A stretch of 64,000 bases of DNA from Camelus dromedarius (taxonomy: Eukaryota). The notes under the pieces are model-generated. The model was given only the letters and a program-made list of their open reading frames with translations, had not been told where the DNA came from and searched no databases. This document shows positions 41,185 through 54,646 of the stretch, piece after piece. Numbering within the stretch: position 1 is the first letter of the stretch; every line of letters begins with the position of its first letter. Where the stretch lies: contig NC_087437.1 in assembly GCF_036321535.1 (NCBI RefSeq), positions 63,304,001 to 63,368,000 of the forward strand, read 5' to 3'. The translations under genes and the position numbers were made by a program.

Positions 41185-41869
41185 CTGGAAATACATTGTA
41201 ATAGGAAACACCAGGAATCTGTTTCCCCACCTAGATAACAATTGCACTGGCAGAATCTTTTGGATGTAATCATTCTGGAACTCTGGAGTCTATTGAAAAG
41301 TTGAAATTTCTAGGGGAAGGCTTGAATGGTAAATTGCAGGTAATTTCAATTTTAGCTCTTAGCACAGTAGCAGCAACAGATCCCCAACTCCCAGTCCAAT
41401 AACTGACAGCCATACACAGGTTCCAGGCGCAGCTTGCACACAGCTTATGTGAGCCAGGGTAGGCAAAAAGCTCCCTGTCCTCCAAATTCTGGGTCTGTGC
41501 TCTCATCACTAATTGTTGCTTCTGATCACAAAGGTGCTGACAAAGAGGTGGGTGGCCATTGTTGTTGCACCTCTCATCACTGCTGCAAGCCCCTCTCCCT
41601 CTGGTTGAAGTGACTTACGGGATTTAAAGGGGTGGCACCCTTTCTTCCTCCCTTCCTTTTTCTCTTTTTCCTCTTTTGAGAGCCAGACATTAAAGACTGG
41701 TATATTCAAAATTAACTGTATATACAGGGAAAATTAGAACGTGACCATGCATGCCCAAGAAATGTACAAACTCAAAAAAGACCTGAGAAGACCTTAAGTT
41801 TACACCTCAGGCTGATCCTTGGCACTGAGATAGCTTACAACAATTATATACATACATAACAAAAACAAC

Positions 41870-41881
41870 TATATCTCTATC

Positions 41882-41935
<54 letters not shown>

Positions 41936-41952
41936 GTCTATCTATCTATCTA
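41870..41952. repeat. (TATC)n microsatellite
   Basis: Directly visible, with one TGTC interruption. Confidence 0.97.
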
Positions 41953-42768
41953 CATACTTGGGACCAGTGGGACACTACCCAGTGGATTAATATATGCATT
42001 GTGGTACTCCCAGAAGGAGAAGAGAAAAAGGGGCACAGAAAATATTTTTTAAAACAATAGCTGAAAACCTCCCAAATTTGGTGAAAGACATGACTATAAA
42101 CCCCAAAACTGAGGGAGTTTGTTACTACCTGCCCTTCAACAGCTCAAGGACAAAATGAAAGGACACTAGACAATAACTTAATGCCAAATGAAGATCTAAA
42201 GCCCTCAACAAAGGTAAATACATGGGCACTGATAAAAGTTAGAATTATTTTAACAACAAATAGTAACTCCACTTTTTGTTTTCTACATGATCAAAGAGAC
42301 TAATACACATTTTAAAAAAATGATTAGTCTAACAGCTAACTATTACTGTAACTTTGGTTTGTAACTTGACATTTTGTTTTCTACATAATGTATTAAAAAG
42401 AATTACCAGTTCATGTTTTCATACACCCAACTTATAAAAATGTAATTTTGTGACATCAACACCCGAAAGGGGTGAGGATGGAGTTGTAAAGAAGTTTTTC
42501 TATGTTATTGAATTTAAGCTGGTATAAATTCAAATTATAATGTTATAACTTTAGAATGTTAAATGTAATCCCCATGGTAACCACAAAGAAAATAGCTATA
42601 GAAGATGCACAGAAGGAAAAGAGAAAAAATTTAAACATTTTCACAAAAAAATTGACTAAACAGAAAAGAGGACAGTAATGCCAGGAATGAGAAACAAAAA
42701 AGCTGTAAGGCATATGAAAAAAACAAATAGCAAACTAACAGAAATCCCTCCTTATCAGTAATTACTTT

Positions 42769-44298
42769 TTTTAGGTACAGTTGATTTACAATATTATATT
42801 AATTGCAGGTATACCACACAGTTCAAAATATTTATAGATTATGCCCTAGAGTTATTAAAAAATATTGGCTATATTCCGTGTGCTGTACAGTACTTTCTTG
42901 TAGCTTATTTATTATATACATAGTAGTTTATACCTCTTAATTCCCTGCCTCTACCATATACTGACCCCTACCCTTCCCTCTCCCCACCAGTAGCCACTAG
43001 TTTATTCTCTGTATCTATTTCTGTTTTGTTATAGACATTTGCTTATTTTATTTGTTAGATACCACATATAAATGACAACATATAGTATTTGGTTTTCTCT
43101 GTCTGACTTATTTCAATAAGCATAATACCTTCCAGGTCCATCCATATTGTTGCAATGGCAAAATTTCATTCTTTTTATGGTTTAGTAGTATTCCATATAT
43201 ATATCACATCTTCTTTATTAATTCATCTGTTGATGGACACTTAGGTCTCAGGTTGCTTCCTATCTTAGCTATTGTAAATAATGCTGCTAAGAACACTGGG
43301 GTGTATGTATCTTCTTGAATTTGCGCTTTTGTTTTCTTTGGATGTATATCCAAGAGTGGAACTGCTGAATCATTTGTTAGTTCTATTTTTAGTTTTTGAG
43401 GAATCTCCACACTGTTTTCCATAGTAGCTACATCAATTTACATTCCCAACAGTGTGCAAGGGTTCCCTTTTCTCCACATTCTTGCCAACATTTGTTATTT
43501 GTGGTCTTTTTGCTGATGGCCATTTTGACAGGTGTGAGGTGATGTCTCATTGTGGGTTTGATTTGCATTTCCCTGATGATTAGTGATGCTGAGCATCTTT
43601 TCATGCGCTTGTTGACCATCAGTGTGTTTCCTTTGGAAAAATGTCTATTCAGGTCTTCTGGCCACTTTTTAATCAGATTGTTTATTTTTTTGGTACTGAA
43701 TTATATGAGCTGTAGATATATTTAATCCCTTGTCAATCACATCATTTGCAAATATTTTCTTGCGCTCAGTAGGTTATCTTTTTGTATTGTTGATGGTTTC
43801 CTTGCTGTGCAAAAGCTTTTACGTTTAATTAGGTTTCATTTGTTAGTCTTGCTTTTGTTTCCTCTGCTTTAGGAGACAGAGCCTCAAAAATATTGCCATG
43901 ACTTATTTCAAAGAGTGTTCTGCCTATGATTTCTTTTAGGATTTTTATAGTTTCTGAGCTTATATTTAGGTCTTTAATCCATGTTGAGTTTATTTTTATA
44001 TATGGTATGAGAAAATGTTCTGATTTCATCCTTTTACATGTAGTTGTCCAGTTTTCCTACTGCCACTTATTAAAGAGATTTTTTTTCCCTATTATATATT
44101 CTTGCCTCCTTTGTCATAGATAAATTGATCATAAGTGTGTGGGTTTATTTCTGGGCTCTCTATTCTGTTCCACTGATTTATGCGCCTGTTTTTGTGCCAG
44201 TATCATATTGTTTCAGTTACAATAGCTTGGTAGTATAGTCTGAAATCAGGAAATGTGATACCTCCAGCTCCATTCTTTTTTCTTGAGATTGCTTTGGC
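42769..44298 (-). mobile_element. Younger 5'-truncated L1 inserted antisense in the older L1
   Basis: ORF2 C-terminal peptides on the minus strand ([29 protein letters not shown]). TSD tatcagtaattacttt at 42753-42768 and 44299-44314. Confidence 0.92.
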
Positions 44299-47061
44299 TA
44301 TCAGTAATTACTTTAAATGTAAATTGATTAAACTCCCCAAAAGAAAGAGATGAACATAATGGATAAAAACACATGGCCCAACTATATACTGTTTACAAGA
44401 GAATCATTTTTGATCCAAAGACAAATAGATTGATAGTTAAAGAATGGAAAAAGATGTTCAAAGCAAATAGTAACCAAAAGAGAGCAGGTATGGCTATACT
44501 TATATTAGACAAAATAGATTTCTAATCAAAAAAGTTCACGAGAGAAAAAGAAGAACATTATATATTAATAAAAGGCTTAATACAGCAAGAAGATGTAACA
44601 GTTTTAAATATTTAGGCACCTAATAACAGACCATCAAAATAGATAAAGCAAAACTGATAAAACCGAAGGGAGAAATAGATAGCTATATAATATTAATTGG
44701 AGACCTCAATACACTGCTCTCAATAATGGTTACAACAACCAGAGAGAAGTAAGGAAATAGAGGATTTAACATAGTAAACCAAGTAAATCTAACAGACATG
44801 TACAGAACACTCTACTCAACAACATACATATTCTTCTCAAATGCACATGGGACATTTTCCAAAATAGACCATATAATAGATCACACATTAGGTCTCAAGA
44901 GATTTAAAAAGATAGATTATCATACAAATATCTTCTATAAGTACAATGAAATTAGTAATCAGTAACAAAAAACTGGAAAAGTGATAAATTTGTGGAAATT
45001 AACATATTCTTAATCACCTAATATATCAAAAAAGAAATCATAAGGAAAATTAGAAAACACTTAGAGATGAGTGAAAACAAAAACAAAAAATACCAAAACT
45101 TACGGGATGCAGTGAAAGTAGTGCTAAGGGGGAAATTTATAATTATGAACATTTACATTGACAAAGAAGAAATTGCATGGCGACAAATGGTAACTAGACT
45201 TATCACAGTGATCTTTCTGTAATGTATAAACATATCAAATCACTATGTTGTACACTTGAAACTAATATAATATTGTAAGTCAATTATACCTCAACTAAAA
45301 AGAAAACCCTAAACTCAAAGCTAGCAGAAGGAAAGAAATAATAAAGATTAGAGCAGAGATAAATGAAATGGAGAATAGAAAAACAGTAAAGAAAAATCAA
45401 TGAAACCAAAAGTTGATTCTTCAAAGATCAACAAAATTGACAAGCCTTTAGCTAGATGGACTAAGAAAAAAACAGAAAAGACTGAAATTACTAAAATTAG
45501 AAATGACAGTGGGGACATTACTATCGATTCCACAGAAGTAAAAAGTATTATAAGAGAATACTATGAACAAATTGGATAACCTACATGAAATGTACAAATT
45601 CCTAGTAACACAAAATCTACCAAGACTAAGTCGTGAAGAAGTAGAAAATCTAAATAGACCTGTAACTAATCAGACGACTGAATCAGTAATCAAAAATCTC
45701 CTGACAAAGAAAGATGCTGGAACTGAGGGCATCACTACTGAATTCTGCCAAACGTTTAAAGAATAACTAATATCAATCTTACTCAAACTTTTCCAAAAAA
45801 TTGAAGAGGGAACAACTCCTAATGCATTCTGTAAGACCAGCATCACCCTGATATCAAAGCCAAAGATACTACAATAAAACTATAGACCAAAACCCCTTAT
45901 AAATACTGATGCAAAAACCCTTAACAAAATACTAGAAAAATGAATTCAGTAGCATATTAAAAGAGTATATATCATGACCAAGTGGTATTTATTCCTGGAA
46001 TGCAGGGATGGTTCAACATGAAAAATCTTCAATGTAATATGCTACACTAACAGAGTGAAGGAAAAAAAAAAAACCCATAATCATCTCAACTGATGCATAA
46101 AATGCATTTGACAAAACTAACACCCCTTCACAATAGAAACACCTAACAAACCAGGAATACAAGGAAACTACTTCAGTATAATAAAAGCCACATATGAAAA
46201 TCCTACAGTGAATAACATACTCAATGGTGAAAGATTGAAGACTTTTCCTCTAACAAGAATAAGGCAAGAATGCCCACTTTTGCTGTTTCTATTCAATATA
46301 GTACTGGGAGCCAGAGCAATTAAGCAAGAAAAAGAAATAAAAGCATTGAAATTGGAAAGGAAGAAGTAAAATTATCTTTGTTTAGTAAAATTATCTTTAT
46401 CTTATATGTAGAAAATCCTAAAAACTCAACAAACACACAAAAAAACTGTCAGCCCTACAGACAAGGCTTTCATCCTCATTAAGTGTCTGCCTCAGCCTAG
46501 CCATCTGGGACTGTTCTATATTAAATTGCTGCCAGGATTTTACATCGAGTTACCTCCAATTTGTGGAACATATTCTCTACTAATGTTTTTGAAACCAATT
46601 TCTACTTCATACAGATGCTTTTCCAACAGCAATTAAAGTTTTTCTTACACACATACACACACACAAAAACTGTTAGAATTAATAAATGAATTCAACAAAG
46701 TAGCAGGATACAAAGTCAACACACAAAAATTACATTCCTGTACAACTAACAATGAACAATCTGAAAAGAAAATTAAGAAAATAATTCCATGTACAATAGC
46801 ATCAAAAAGAATAAAATACTTAGGAATTAACTTACCCAAGGAGGTGAGAGTTGTACAATGAAAACTTCAAAACAGCGATGAAAGAAATCAAGACATAAAT
46901 AAATGCAGCACATCCCATGTTCATGGACTGAAATAATATTTTAAGGGGTCAATATTACCCAAAGTAATTTACAATTCAATTCCTATCACAATCCCAGTGC
47001 CAATTTTTGCAGAGATGGAAAAACTCATCCTGAAATTCAGATGGAATCTCAAGGGACGCTT

Positions 47062-47378
47062 TGAGGGTTACTTCTTGATAAACTCATAATAAATTGAAAA
47101 TATCATAAATAAAAAATGCACTTACAAACCTAACCTACTGAACATCATAACTTACAGTACACTGCAGAGTATATGCTGTTTACCCTCCTCACTGTGTGGC
47201 TGACTGGGAGCTGAGGCTCCTTACCACTGCCCAGCATCATGAGTATCTTACCTCATGTCACTAGCCTGGGAAAAGATCAAAATTCAAAGTAGTTTCTGCT
47301 CAATGCATATTGCTTTCACACCACCGTAAAGTTGAAAAATCCTTAGTGGGACTATCATAAGTAGAAACTCTCTATACA
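47062..47378. mobile_element. Tigger-family element (MER47-like)
   Basis: cctaacctactgaacatcata, ctgactgggagctgaggctc, tgctttcacaccaccgtaaagttgaaaaatc. Confidence 0.75.
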
Positions 47379-48149
47379 CAGTTGGGAAAAGTCTATAAGG
47401 AAATGCACCAAATTGTTAAGAGTGGTTTTCCCTGGGTAGTGGGACCATGAGTGATATTTATTTCTTGCTGACCTATATTTTCTAAAACAAACATGTATTA
47501 ATTAAGAAAAATCAGTGTAAGTTTAAAAAAGTCAACTAAGAAAAAAAATCTGTAACCTCAGGTTAATATGCTGAAAACTTACAGGAGAGGGATGAAGAAA
47601 GAAGTTTTTACAGTTTAGTCTAATTCAAAGTTAGATTTATTACATACCTAGCTTCCCCAAATCACTCAGTATGAGTATGCAATATATTGGTGGACAGATA
47701 CCAGTTTCTGGCGTTTTATTTTAACTGTAATTAAAACTTTCAAAAGGTAGCTCTTTTCCCTTTAAAAAAAAATGTAATCAGTTTGGTTGTTTTATTTCTT
47801 CCCAACTTGATTTAAAACATTAACCCAAAACTCAATGCCTTAAAATACAGACACTCTCATTAAAATTCGTGCAGCATACCAACGGCAAGAATACTGCTAT
47901 TCTTCATTAAGAGTAATCACTCCACTGAAGAGTAAACAACTATTCATGGAAGGAAAATCAAAATCCCAACTAATGAGCACCGTTCTGAAATCAAGGGTCA
48001 TATTAAAATTCTGAAAACTGCCGTCAGAATTACGCAAAGGAGACCGAGGATTGATTTTTATTGATTATCAGTAACAGAAACATTCAAAATAGCATACAAA
48101 ACACCAAACTAAAAATAGAGTCAAAACCCAGAGCCAGCGCAATTCCTTC

Positions 48150-48800
48150 TGAAATCTATCTGCCCTCTACCGCAGTCCCTTCCTCGGCTCCTGGCGGGTC
48201 CCTGCCGCCACTTCTCCCAGCTGAGGCAGGGCAGCGGTCCTTCACCAGAAGCCCTCGCCGCACGCACAAGAACTCAGTTCTCTCAGGTGACCAAGCACAC
48301 GGCTCAGCCCAGCACTCCGGCTCCTCGTCCCTTCCCGCGCGGCCCGGCCCCTCCCCTCCTCGTCCCGCCTCTCCCCTCCCCTCCCCGCCTTGCCCCACGG
48401 GATCCGGCCTTACCCCGTCGCCCCGCCCCGGCCCGCCCCGTTCCCCGCGCGCTCGCCTGCGTTCTACGGGCTTCTCTCACCCTCCGCCCGAGTGTGACGA
48501 GCCCGAGCCGGGAGGGGTCTATTGCGCAAGCCCAGGGCGCCGGGTTGGGGTTTGAGGAGAGGCCTTGGCTGCGCGCCGGAGACCATGAGGCGCGACGTTC
48601 GGCGGGCTCCTTCCCGGAAGCGGAAGCTCGGGGGCCGGGCCAAGGGCGGCCGGGAGTCTGCGGCGGTTAATTCCTTTTACCGTGCGGCTTTGCTTCACTC
48701 CGTCTGGACTTTCCTGAAGCTGCGAGAGATGGTTAGGTCCGGATCTCGACCGGGCCAGGTGAGGTCTGCGGACCTGAGGCGTCCACTGTAGGGGTGGAAG
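48150..48800 (+). promoter_or_regulatory. CCDC14: CpG island promoter of CCDC14
   Basis: Dense CpG, multiple GC boxes at 48330-48450, TTGCGCAA at 48522-48529 and tandem CCGGAAGCGGAAG at 48614-48626. Contains the first coding exon. Confidence 0.9.
48585..48758 (+). CDS. CCDC14: CCDC14 exon 1 coding part (upstream ATG 48585; downstream in-frame ATG 48729)
   Basis: Reads [58 protein letters not shown], resembling the human CCDC14 N-terminus as recalled. Donor CAG|gtgagg, phase 0. Which ATG is used is uncertain. Confidence 0.85.
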
Positions 48801-51154
48801 AGGGACTCTTGGGCCGGGAGAAGTGCACAACCTCCTTTGAAAAAATAAAAACAAGGACAGTGCTGCTGCATTAAAAATGCTGGGAGAGCAGGCGGGGCGG
48901 GGGTACCTAACCTTAACATCGTAGCCCAGCCGTCCTGCCCACAGACATATATTCTGTGTTAATCGTTACAGTCGTCCAGAGCGCTGGTTTTGGTGTGGGG
49001 CCCGGGTTTGAGTGCAGCCTCCACCGCTGGTTCGGGTGACTTAACCTCTCTCCGAGCCTCAGGACGTTGTTGCATCAAATCCAGTATCTAGGCTCTTCCA
49101 ACAAGTGCCGCTATTAGCTGATCCTCCGTCACAGTTGTTGGTATTTTACTACTAGTTTAAAAAAAAAGTCTCCCAATTAGTGTCCCTGCATTTAGCCTTA
49201 CCCCTCTCACATGCACTTTCCTCGTCGATTCTCTTTCCGGCTTAAAATTCAACTCTGGAAAACTTTTTTTTTCCCCATGTAAAATCTCAGTTCTTTGGCC
49301 TGTCAACACAGCCATTTCTTGATCTGGCCTGTGCATTCCTTGCCAGCCCCCACCCTCGTTCCAGTAATACGCAGCACGCTTCATCTGTTTGTTTTATCGT
49401 GCCGTGGATCCCAGCGTTCTCCCAGACTTCCATGCCTTTGCACTTTGTTCTGCCTAGAATGCCCTTCTCTCTGATATCTCCACTCGCCGTCTCCTGTCCC
49501 TCAACTCAAGGACCACTTCTAGAAACTTTGTCTAGCACTCTCACATTTCCATTCTTTAGGTGCCCCTCAGCGCTTCTTTTGTGTGCTTATTATTATTAAA
49601 CCACTGTTTAGGCTAAAGGCGTTGCTAATCTTCCTAGCTACTACAGTTTGAATTTTCAGGAAGTCTATCGGTAGGAGTCAATCAATAGGAAGCAACTGCT
49701 CCTTACACAGACCCTCTACTTAGAGTGATCTTACTCAAGTATATCCACACTACCACCACCCTTTTTTCTCCTTTATTTATCAACTCACTTTTAATGCTGC
49801 TTCCCCATTAATGTGAATCTTACACTTTTTTTCCAAGACCCAGCTCAAGACTTTCTTCATGAGTACTTCCAGACCAGCCCCACCCTTATAGATTTTTCTT
49901 TTATATTGAGTGAACTCAAAATATGTGCAGTCAGCAAGGGAAAAACATGGTTTTTGTACAGATTCAAATTACAGTTCTGCCACTACTATCATAGTGATAG
50001 TAACCAAAGTACTCTAATTCTTGAGCCTCCTTTCCCTTCTCTATAAAATGCTGCCGCAAAGAATTGGGGAGATTGAATGAGAGAACCTGGTAAAACATCT
50101 ATTTCAAACTTGGCATAAAATGTGCAAGTTTAGTCTCCTGGAAAATACTTAGTTTATTACCATCTTAATGGTAATAATAGCAGCTAACATTTAGGTACCA
50201 GTTATGTGACAGTACTATTTAAGTGCTTTTACGTATTACATATAATTTCTCATTTAGTTTTCACTATAGCCTTAGGAAGTAGATACTATTATCCTCATTA
50301 GATGAGGAAATTGAGGGATGGAGAGTTCAGATAACTCTCCTACAGTTACACAACTGGTTAGCAGTGGAGACAGGATTCAGACCCAAATAGCTGGTGTCAG
50401 AGTCCAAATAGCTGGTGTCAGAGTCCATTCTTTTAAACATTATACTTAGTTACATGTAAGACTGAACAAGCCACCTTTCTGAAATTTAGGGTCCTACCTC
50501 ACAGAAATAATAGCAACTTGCAGATGTGGATTAAGTGGAAACGAAAGCTTTAGTATGCTCTAAGTTATTCCATGCATGTAATTTTATCTTGCACTTGTTG
50601 GTGGAAGATACGACTCCTAAGAAATACGGTTTTCTCAAACAGCAAAGTAAAAAGTTAAATGATGATACCTAGTGGAAGTAAATGTACAATAAAGCAAAAT
50701 GATTCCTTCATGCATTGCCATTTGGGGCACTTCTTTTGGAAAGCAGTTTTGCATTAAACTACTAATAACCTTTTACCAAATAATTAAGCTTTTAATCCTG
50801 AATATGAAAGGCTATTTTCAATATATGAAAAGGTTTATTTCAGGTTTGTTTTTTAATTGTGAAAAATATGAAGCAAACCAAGAACACATTGTATTACTTC
50901 CTCTCAAGGAAATACTGTACAACCATTTAAAAAATTTGAAGACTGTGTTAATATGGAAAAATATTTGAAAGTAAAAACACAAGAGTCAAAATTGCAACTA
51001 TCTAGCCATGATGACTAAGTAAATTATCCATATGAAGACCTAATAGCACAGAGCACACCTCATGCCTAGATCTTGGTTTCTAAATGCTGTTGTCCACTAA
51101 AAAGAACCACGACTGCTCAGAGAAATGGTTAACTCCAGGGCTGAGGCAGGGAAA

Positions 51155-52045
51155 TTATAAAGTGGGACTGGATACATCAAAATACAAAACTTCTGCGCAG
51201 CTAAGGAAACAGTTAATGGAGTGAAAAAGCAACTTATGGAATGGGAAAAAAATATTTGTAAGCCATATATCTAAAGTGTTCATAACCAAAATGTATAAGG
51301 AACTCCCAAAACTCAGTATCAGAAAAACAAATAACCTGATTGAAAAATGGGCAAAGGGCTTGAACAGACATTTCTTTAAGACATACAAATGGCCAGCAGG
51401 TATATGAAAAGATGCTCAACTTCACTAATCATTAGGGAAATGCAAATCAAAACCACGATGAGATATCACTTCACACCTGTTAGGATGGTTATTATAAAAA
51501 AAAAAAAAAACCAAGTGTTGGAGAGGATGTAGAAAATTTGAACCTTTGTACATTGTTAATGGGAATGTAAAAGAGTGCAGCCACTATTAAAAAGTTTCCT
51601 CAAAAATTAAAAATAGAACTATCATATGATCCAGCAGTCCCACTTTGGATATTTATCCAAAAGAATTAAAAACAGGATCTTGAAGAGATATTTGCACTCT
51701 CATGTTCATTACAACATTATTCACAACATTCGAGGTGTAACAACCTAAATATCCCTTGATAGACTAGTGGTTACACAATGGAATATTATTCAGCCTCTTA
51801 GGTATCTAAAATAAAGTAATAGAAGCAGAGTAGATTGGTAGTTGCCAGGAGCTGGAGGGAATGGGAAATGGAGAGTTGCTATTCAATGGGTATAAAGTTT
51901 TAGTTAACGTAAAAGTAAGTTCTAGAGATCTGTTGAACAACATCATGCCTATCGTTAACACTGTATTGTACACTTAAAAAAATTTGTTAAGAGGGTAGAT
52001 GTCATGTTAAATATTCTAACAATGAAAAAAACAAAACAAAACCCA
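51155..52045 (+). mobile_element. L1 3' portion nested in an older L1MC-like 3' end (51040-52400)
   Basis: tgaaaagatgctcaacttcactaatcattagggaaatgcaaatcaaaaccac, ending in an A-rich tail. L1MC-like sequence lies on both sides. Confidence 0.85.
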
Positions 52046-53269
52046 TAGCACCTTATTTTAGAAAGTAAGGAATAGCTAAAAAATAATGGGGACATATGTT
52101 AAGGTTTGAAGAGACTCCTACTGACAGAATCTGGGACAATTTGAACATCAAAATAAATAATGATAATAATGCATCATAACCCATTAAATAAAATAGGAAT
52201 CAATGAGTCCATGTAACAAATGAAAAAGTACTTCACAAATGTTGAATGCCAGCTAATAAATGTGGAAGGAATGATGTAAGTTAGAAAAATAACCACTTGA
52301 CACATGATTAAGTCAAGAATCCTCAGTGGGTGTCAAAACTACTGGATGAAAGTTTGATTAGTATGATGTCTGCATAATCTCAGAGTATCTCCATCATATT
52401 CCAAGTTATCTTAAGGAAAAGTAAAACTCTTATCAACCCAGTTTAAAAACTGTGTTCTCAGTAGCATTCTTAGAAGGAGAGTATATATATGCAAGCAAAT
52501 AATAGAATATTATATAACTCCAGGAAGTTTAATAGTTACAACCTAAAGCTATCTTGGGATGAAATGTGTAAACATGTCCAAAAAAATCATAAATGTAATT
52601 GCCAACAATGACAATACCTGAAGGGTAAAACGAGGGAGTGAGTATGGAATTTAACCATCTTTTAAAAATTATATTTTGAATAGAAATATTTATCAGATAT
52701 AAAGTTATTAAGATACAAAAAGGTAACCATGGAAAGTCCCTTATTGCTCTGTCTCCCAGATACTCAGTTTCCTTCCCGAGAGGCAAATGCAATTAGTTGT
52801 TTCTCATGTAACTCCCAAGATATTGGATACATATAGAAGCAAATACATTTTTTTCTGTATTCTATACAGAAAGTAGCCCACTTAAATTACCTTTAAAGTT
52901 AAAAATTAAAAAAACATGACTCATAAATATGAGTTTAAAAATAAAGATTGAGAGGATAAGATGTAGATAAAGAGGAATGATAGAGTTTTCATGCACTAGT
53001 CTTGTCAGATATTCTAAAGAATGTGGATAAATAGAATCCGAGTTAAGAATTCTGTTCTATATCTGGAATTAACTTGCATGTTTTGAAGAATTGATGAATG
53101 TATTACATGTTCAGGGACTGATTATAGTCCAAACTTAGTATAGTAGGGACATCTGGTTAAAATAATATCTCAACTTCATTTTCAGCTTAAATAAATTTAT
53201 GGAACAAATGCTTGTGTTGCTTGACATTTTATATAGAACAAATTATAAGAGTTCAATTGTAATCATGGA

Positions 53270-53685
53270 TTTTATTAAAAATAGATAACATGATACATAC
53301 ATAAAATGGAATATTATTCAACCTTAGCAAGGAAGAGAACTTTACACATGCTGCAGCATGGATGAACCTTGAAGATACTATGCTAAGCAGAATAAGCCAG
53401 TCACGAAAGGACAAATAATGTATGATTCCATTTATATGAGCTTCCTTGAGTAGCCAAATTAATAGAGACAAATTAAAGGGTGGTTATCAAAGACTCAGAG
53501 AAGTAGGGGATGAGAGGTTAATGATTAATGGGTACTGAATTTCAGTTTGTAAGATAAATAAGTTCTGGAGATGGATGGTAATGATGATTGTACAACAACG
53601 TGAATGTATTTAATACCATAGAACTATATACTTTAAAGTGGCTGATACTTTTTCTGTTACGTATGTTTTACTACAATAAAGAAAG
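53270..53685 (+). mobile_element. L1 3' end fragment
   Basis: aatggaatattattcaacctt...catggatgaaccttgaag...gttctggagatggatggt...aataaa. Confidence 0.8.
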
Positions 53686-53782
53686 GAAGCAATGACATTT
53701 CAGGTTTTGTTAAAACAGGATACTGAGAATATAATAGAAAAATGTTTGTTTACCTACTACAATGTAATGCATTATGTCATAG

Positions 53783-53838
53783 GTGTTATCTTCAGGAAAG
53801 CACCCTGGACCTGCTAAGTTAACAAGTGGGAAGAAAGG
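53783..53838 (+). CDS. CCDC14: CCDC14 exon 2
   Basis: Acceptor catag. Reads VLSSGKHPGPAKLTSGKK(G). Donor gtaagt. 56 nt. Confidence 0.92.
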
Positions 53839-54163
53839 GTAAGTACTTAAGGAAGTCTTCAATTTCAGGAAATGTCAAGAGATTTTCAGGTCTTTGGGCT
53901 GGACTAAATTTTGCCTATCCCAGAAAACTAGATGGGTCTCTACCTTCACAAAACTCTGGGGAGGAACCTTGCCTATCTACCCATGTCGATCATCTGAGTG
54001 TTTAATAGGCTTTATAATCTTTATAAAGTCCTGCGTAAATCTTTTACATAGTTGGACAAGCTTTCTTATCCAACCTTTGCTGGAAAGAAAATGACTATAA
54101 TGTATTTTGAGAAAAAAAACTTTTTGTATTACTTGTAAAAATATTAACAAACTTGTTTTCTAG

Positions 54164-54236
54164 GACCCATGTAAGAAAGATACCCCGTTTTAATGCAGAT
54201 TCTGGCTGTCCCACTCATTCCGATTCAGAAAGTCAG
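54164..54236 (+). CDS. CCDC14: CCDC14 exon 3
   Basis: Acceptor ttttctag. Reads THVRKIPRFNADSGCPTHSDSESQ. Donor gtaaga. 73 nt. Confidence 0.92.
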
Positions 54237-54484
54237 GTAAGATTAAGCTGAACAGATACAATATATACAATTTTAGTTAGTTTCAGGTAAAAGCTAAGAA
54301 GTGGGAATAAAAATTCAAAGGTAAAGTATTAATTGCCGTTATGAAGAGTGAAGGCTTTTTGCTTCAATACATGTTTTCTACCAATAATAAGTTATTTCTA
54401 AATAAGGAAGTTTTAAAATTACAGAATTTTGTTTCCTACATTAAAATTTTATGTACAAATTTTTCAATGACTTTCTCCTTACAG

Positions 54485-54554
54485 ACTGAAACTGTACAGG
54501 GGCTTGATGGTTGTGCCTCTCTTCTGCGGGACATTTTAAGAAATGAAGATTCAG
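54485..54554 (+). CDS. CCDC14: CCDC14 exon 4
   Basis: Acceptor ttctccttacag. Reads [23 protein letters not shown]. Weak donor gtttta. 70 nt. Confidence 0.92.
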
Positions 54555-54646
54555 GTTTTATTTTTTAAATGTTTATTTGCTGATCACCTTTTCTCAATTA
54601 AGTAGTTCTCTTAATGTTAATGAATTTTTGTCTTAATTATTAATAG

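Larger units (their letters stand above)
41200..47058 (+). mobile_element. Large degraded L1 (5' region through ORF2 RT), multiply interrupted
   Basis: ORF2-like remnant [32 protein letters not shown] at 45563, plus EN and RT motifs with many stops. Confidence 0.9.

Noticed and set aside
48061..48670. Long Pro/Arg/Gly-rich ORFs (164 aa, 127 aa) and antisense ORFs
   Set aside because: By-products of stop-poor GC-rich promoter DNA, with no recognisable protein.
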